Shown in pieces: positions 38,182-39,927 of a stretch of DNA of 39,927 nucleotides; the first letter of the stretch is position 1, and each line of letters begins with the position of its first letter. A model generated the notes under the pieces. The model was given only the letters and a program-made list of their open reading frames with translations, was not told the origin of the DNA and ran no database searches. The DNA is from a virus. Taxonomy: Duplodnaviria; Caudoviricetes. The stretch is from positions 1 through 39,927 of IMG/VR virus record IMGVR_UViG_3300032327_000596; one strand, given 5' to 3'. The position numbers and the translations under genes were made by a program.

Positions 38182-38663
38182 ATGCTTTCTCTATTAGGTG
38201 TGGGAAATAATCCATCTGTTAAAGTGAAACGCAATCCTACACCAATAGCTAGATTAGTAAACTGGTTACCTTTTTTATCAACTAAATCAAGCTTTGCTAA
38301 ATCTAAAGGATAATACACATTATCTAAACAAACATGCATATGATAGTTATCGCATAAATCTGATACTTGATAATGTTCTGAACGATATATCTTAAAATCA
38401 TTATTGATTGTTGGTACATCAAAATATACACTCTCAAAATAAGCTAACTGTTCCTTAATTTTACTAACAAAATCACTATAGTCACCATATTTAACAGGAA
38501 TGATAATCTTAACACCATTACGCTCAGAAGTTGGTTTCTCATACAATAAATCTATTGAGTTTGTTTCTTCTCCTTCGTACATCATATACTTTCGTTCTAC
38601 ACCATCTTTACGACAAGTAAAATAGAAACTAGAAGAATATGCTAACGGACTCTTAAAGCCTAG
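38182..38663 (-). CDS. rIIA: rIIA-like protein, exon 2
   Basis: LGFKSPLAYSSSF...T.ERNGV.I.IPV...VYYPL...L.PTPNRES. Confidence 0.88.
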
Positions 38664-38790
38664 CGGGCTCTGTTAATCTCTAGTTTCCTAGAGTGTCGGA
38701 CTATATCATCACCCTATAAATAGGGGTTGGACGCTTTTTCATATGGTTACTAACCCATACTAATTCCTGTTATTAAGCAAACTATATTGC

Positions 38791-39552
38791 TCAGGTAGTC
38801 TCTAAACGTTCTATAGATGTATCTATAGCTTCGCTTTTGATTGTCATGTTAAATTCTACTACTTTATCATATTTTCTTTTAAGAAAATAAGTAGCATCAC
38901 TATACAAGTAATCTATACTATTTAAAACTTCTTGTTTCTTTTCTATCCACAAAATATAATTAACCTGTATTCTAACTTTTTCAGTTATGTATGGTTTATT
39001 TATATTTAAACAACTTGCTATTTTTAATAAAAACTTTTTATCAGTTGAGCAAAAAGCTAATTTAAGCTTATGTTGTTGTTTATGTGAATTAGGTAAATTA
39101 TAATTAGTTTTTCTAATATATTTATATTGTAACTTTTTCAATATTATACTTCCATCACCATCTAAAAATCCTCTAATAAAATGAGAAATTAAATGTTTTT
39201 CTAAATTAGGAAAACTCATTCCTAATTTACTTTTATTGATGTTGCACCCTAAATCAATTAGATCATTACCTATTTGATTTGATACTATATTGACACAATG
39301 TTGAGGCTTATAACCTTTTTTAATACTTGAAGGAGTTTTAACTATATGTTTTTGTCCTCCTGCAGCTTCTTTAGATAATTCATCAAGAATATAACCATCT
39401 TCTTCTTGAACCCCTATTCTAAAATTAAGTTTTCTATTACCTGAAGGTTGTGATATACAACCGTCTGCATATATAAATCCTAATATATAAGCTTTGTATT
39501 CTGTGTCAATTATATTGAAATAATTGTGATTAACTTTATATATATAACCCAT
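38791..39552 (-). CDS. Intron-encoded LAGLIDADG homing endonuclease
   Basis: AYILGFIYADG and HFIRGFLDGDG; L.RK. Confidence 0.92.
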   Translation of the reverse strand: MGYIYKVNHNYFNIIDTEYKAYILGFIYADGCISQPSGNRKLNFRIGVQEEDGYILDELSKEAAGGQKHIVKTPSSIKKGYKPQHCVNIVSNQIGNDLIDLGCNINKSKLGMSFPNLEKHLISHFIRGFLDGDGSIILKKLQYKYIRKTNYNLPNSHKQQHKLKLAFCSTDKKFLLKIASCLNINKPYITEKVRIQVNYILWIEKKQEVLNSIDYLYSDATYFLKRKYDKVVEFNMTIKSEAIDTSIERLETT

Positions 39553-39572
39553 GGTATGATATGTTTAGGTTA

Positions 39573-39603
39573 TAAAGTTAATAATTTAATTTAGATTTCC
39601 AAA
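39573..39603 (-). promoter_or_regulatory. Bacteroidota-type promoter inside intron 1, upstream of the endonuclease
   Basis: TTTG-19 nt-TAACTTTA, 21 nt before the ATG; consensus TTTG-(19-21)-TAnnTTTG. Confidence 0.5.
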
Positions 39604-39659
39604 AATTCATCCAATGTTTTTAACGTAAAATTACTTTTACGCTGGGCCTAGTTTTGTTG

Positions 39660-39926
39660 ACCCATCATACCAAGCTCTGTTGTAGAATTACGCTTGGTTG
39701 ATTTACCATACTTACTAATAATATTTTCAACATCATCTGAATCTAAACCTATTCCGAAGTCCTCTACTGAGAATTCCCAAGAACTAGATGCACTGTTTTG
39801 TTTAAAAGTGACTACAATAGGATCTGATACACCTGCTCTACGATGACTGTCAAGTGCATTACTTGCACATTCTCTAATTGTTGAACCAATTGGATCTGAA
39901 TACAAATTCTTACTTAACATTTGCAT
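39660..39926 (-). CDS. rIIA: rIIA-like protein, exon 1 (GHKL ATPase domain; probably starts beyond the window edge)
   Basis: LS..LYSD.I...IRE..SNALDSH, F.V.DFG.GL, YG.STK..S...G..G. Confidence 0.9.
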
Positions 39927-39927
39927 G

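Larger units (their letters stand above)
38664..39659 (-). mobile_element. Group I intron 1 of rIIA (996 nt) carrying a LAGLIDADG gene
   Basis: 5' exon AUGGGU pairs with IGS GCCCA; P10 CTAG/CTAG; P3 TTGGATG/CGTCCAA; TTAGAGACTA and GATATAGTCC (P7); terminal G; splicing restores GMMG|LGFKSP. Confidence 0.92.

Noticed and set aside
33608-39926. rIIA/rIIB fragments as pseudogenes, frameshifts or intein-containing genes
   Set aside because: The gaps contain full group I core elements and precise splicing restores the frame. The LAGLIDADG ORFs have their own starts and stops and no intein Cys/His-Asn termini.
1-39927. Stop-codon reassignment as seen in some crAss-like phages
   Set aside because: Long genes are intact in the standard code, and TAG and TGA end genes at natural positions (e.g. 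14671, 21592, 24732).

Overview
AT-rich (roughly 30% GC by eye), gene-dense segment of a large tailed phage genome. Gene content and organisation point to a crAss-like or related phage of Bacteroidota; this is inferred from giant cargo-type proteins, GNxxIGT-type fibre repeats and a Bacteroidota-like promoter. The + strand (1-23.2 kb) carries late/virion genes. These are the 3' part of a polyvalent giant protein (AlkB-like + NADAR-like + Dda/RecD-like helicase), a 1884-aa zincin/PD-(D/E)xK/membrane protein, a lysis cassette with an M15 endolysin, and fibres/tailspikes that share short N-terminal docking motifs. A poly-Thr mini-protein sits beside a glycosyltransferase resembling plant peptide O-glycosyltransferases (GT95/GT96), and a cluster of small Lys/Met-rich proteins closes the arm. 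A bidirectional terminator at about 23.27 kb separates this from the - strand early/middle genes: GT2, GT11 fucosyltransferase, GroES-like, PhoH, dUTPase, RecA, an exonuclease and HNH/GIY-YIG nucleases. The rIIA/rIIB locus looks fragmented in the ORF track but is interrupted by three group I introns, two encoding LAGLIDADG endonucleases, whose splice sites can be placed exactly. The best candidate for an undescribed system is a phage-encoded virion O-glycosylation module. All family assignments come from motif recognition by eye, not database searches.
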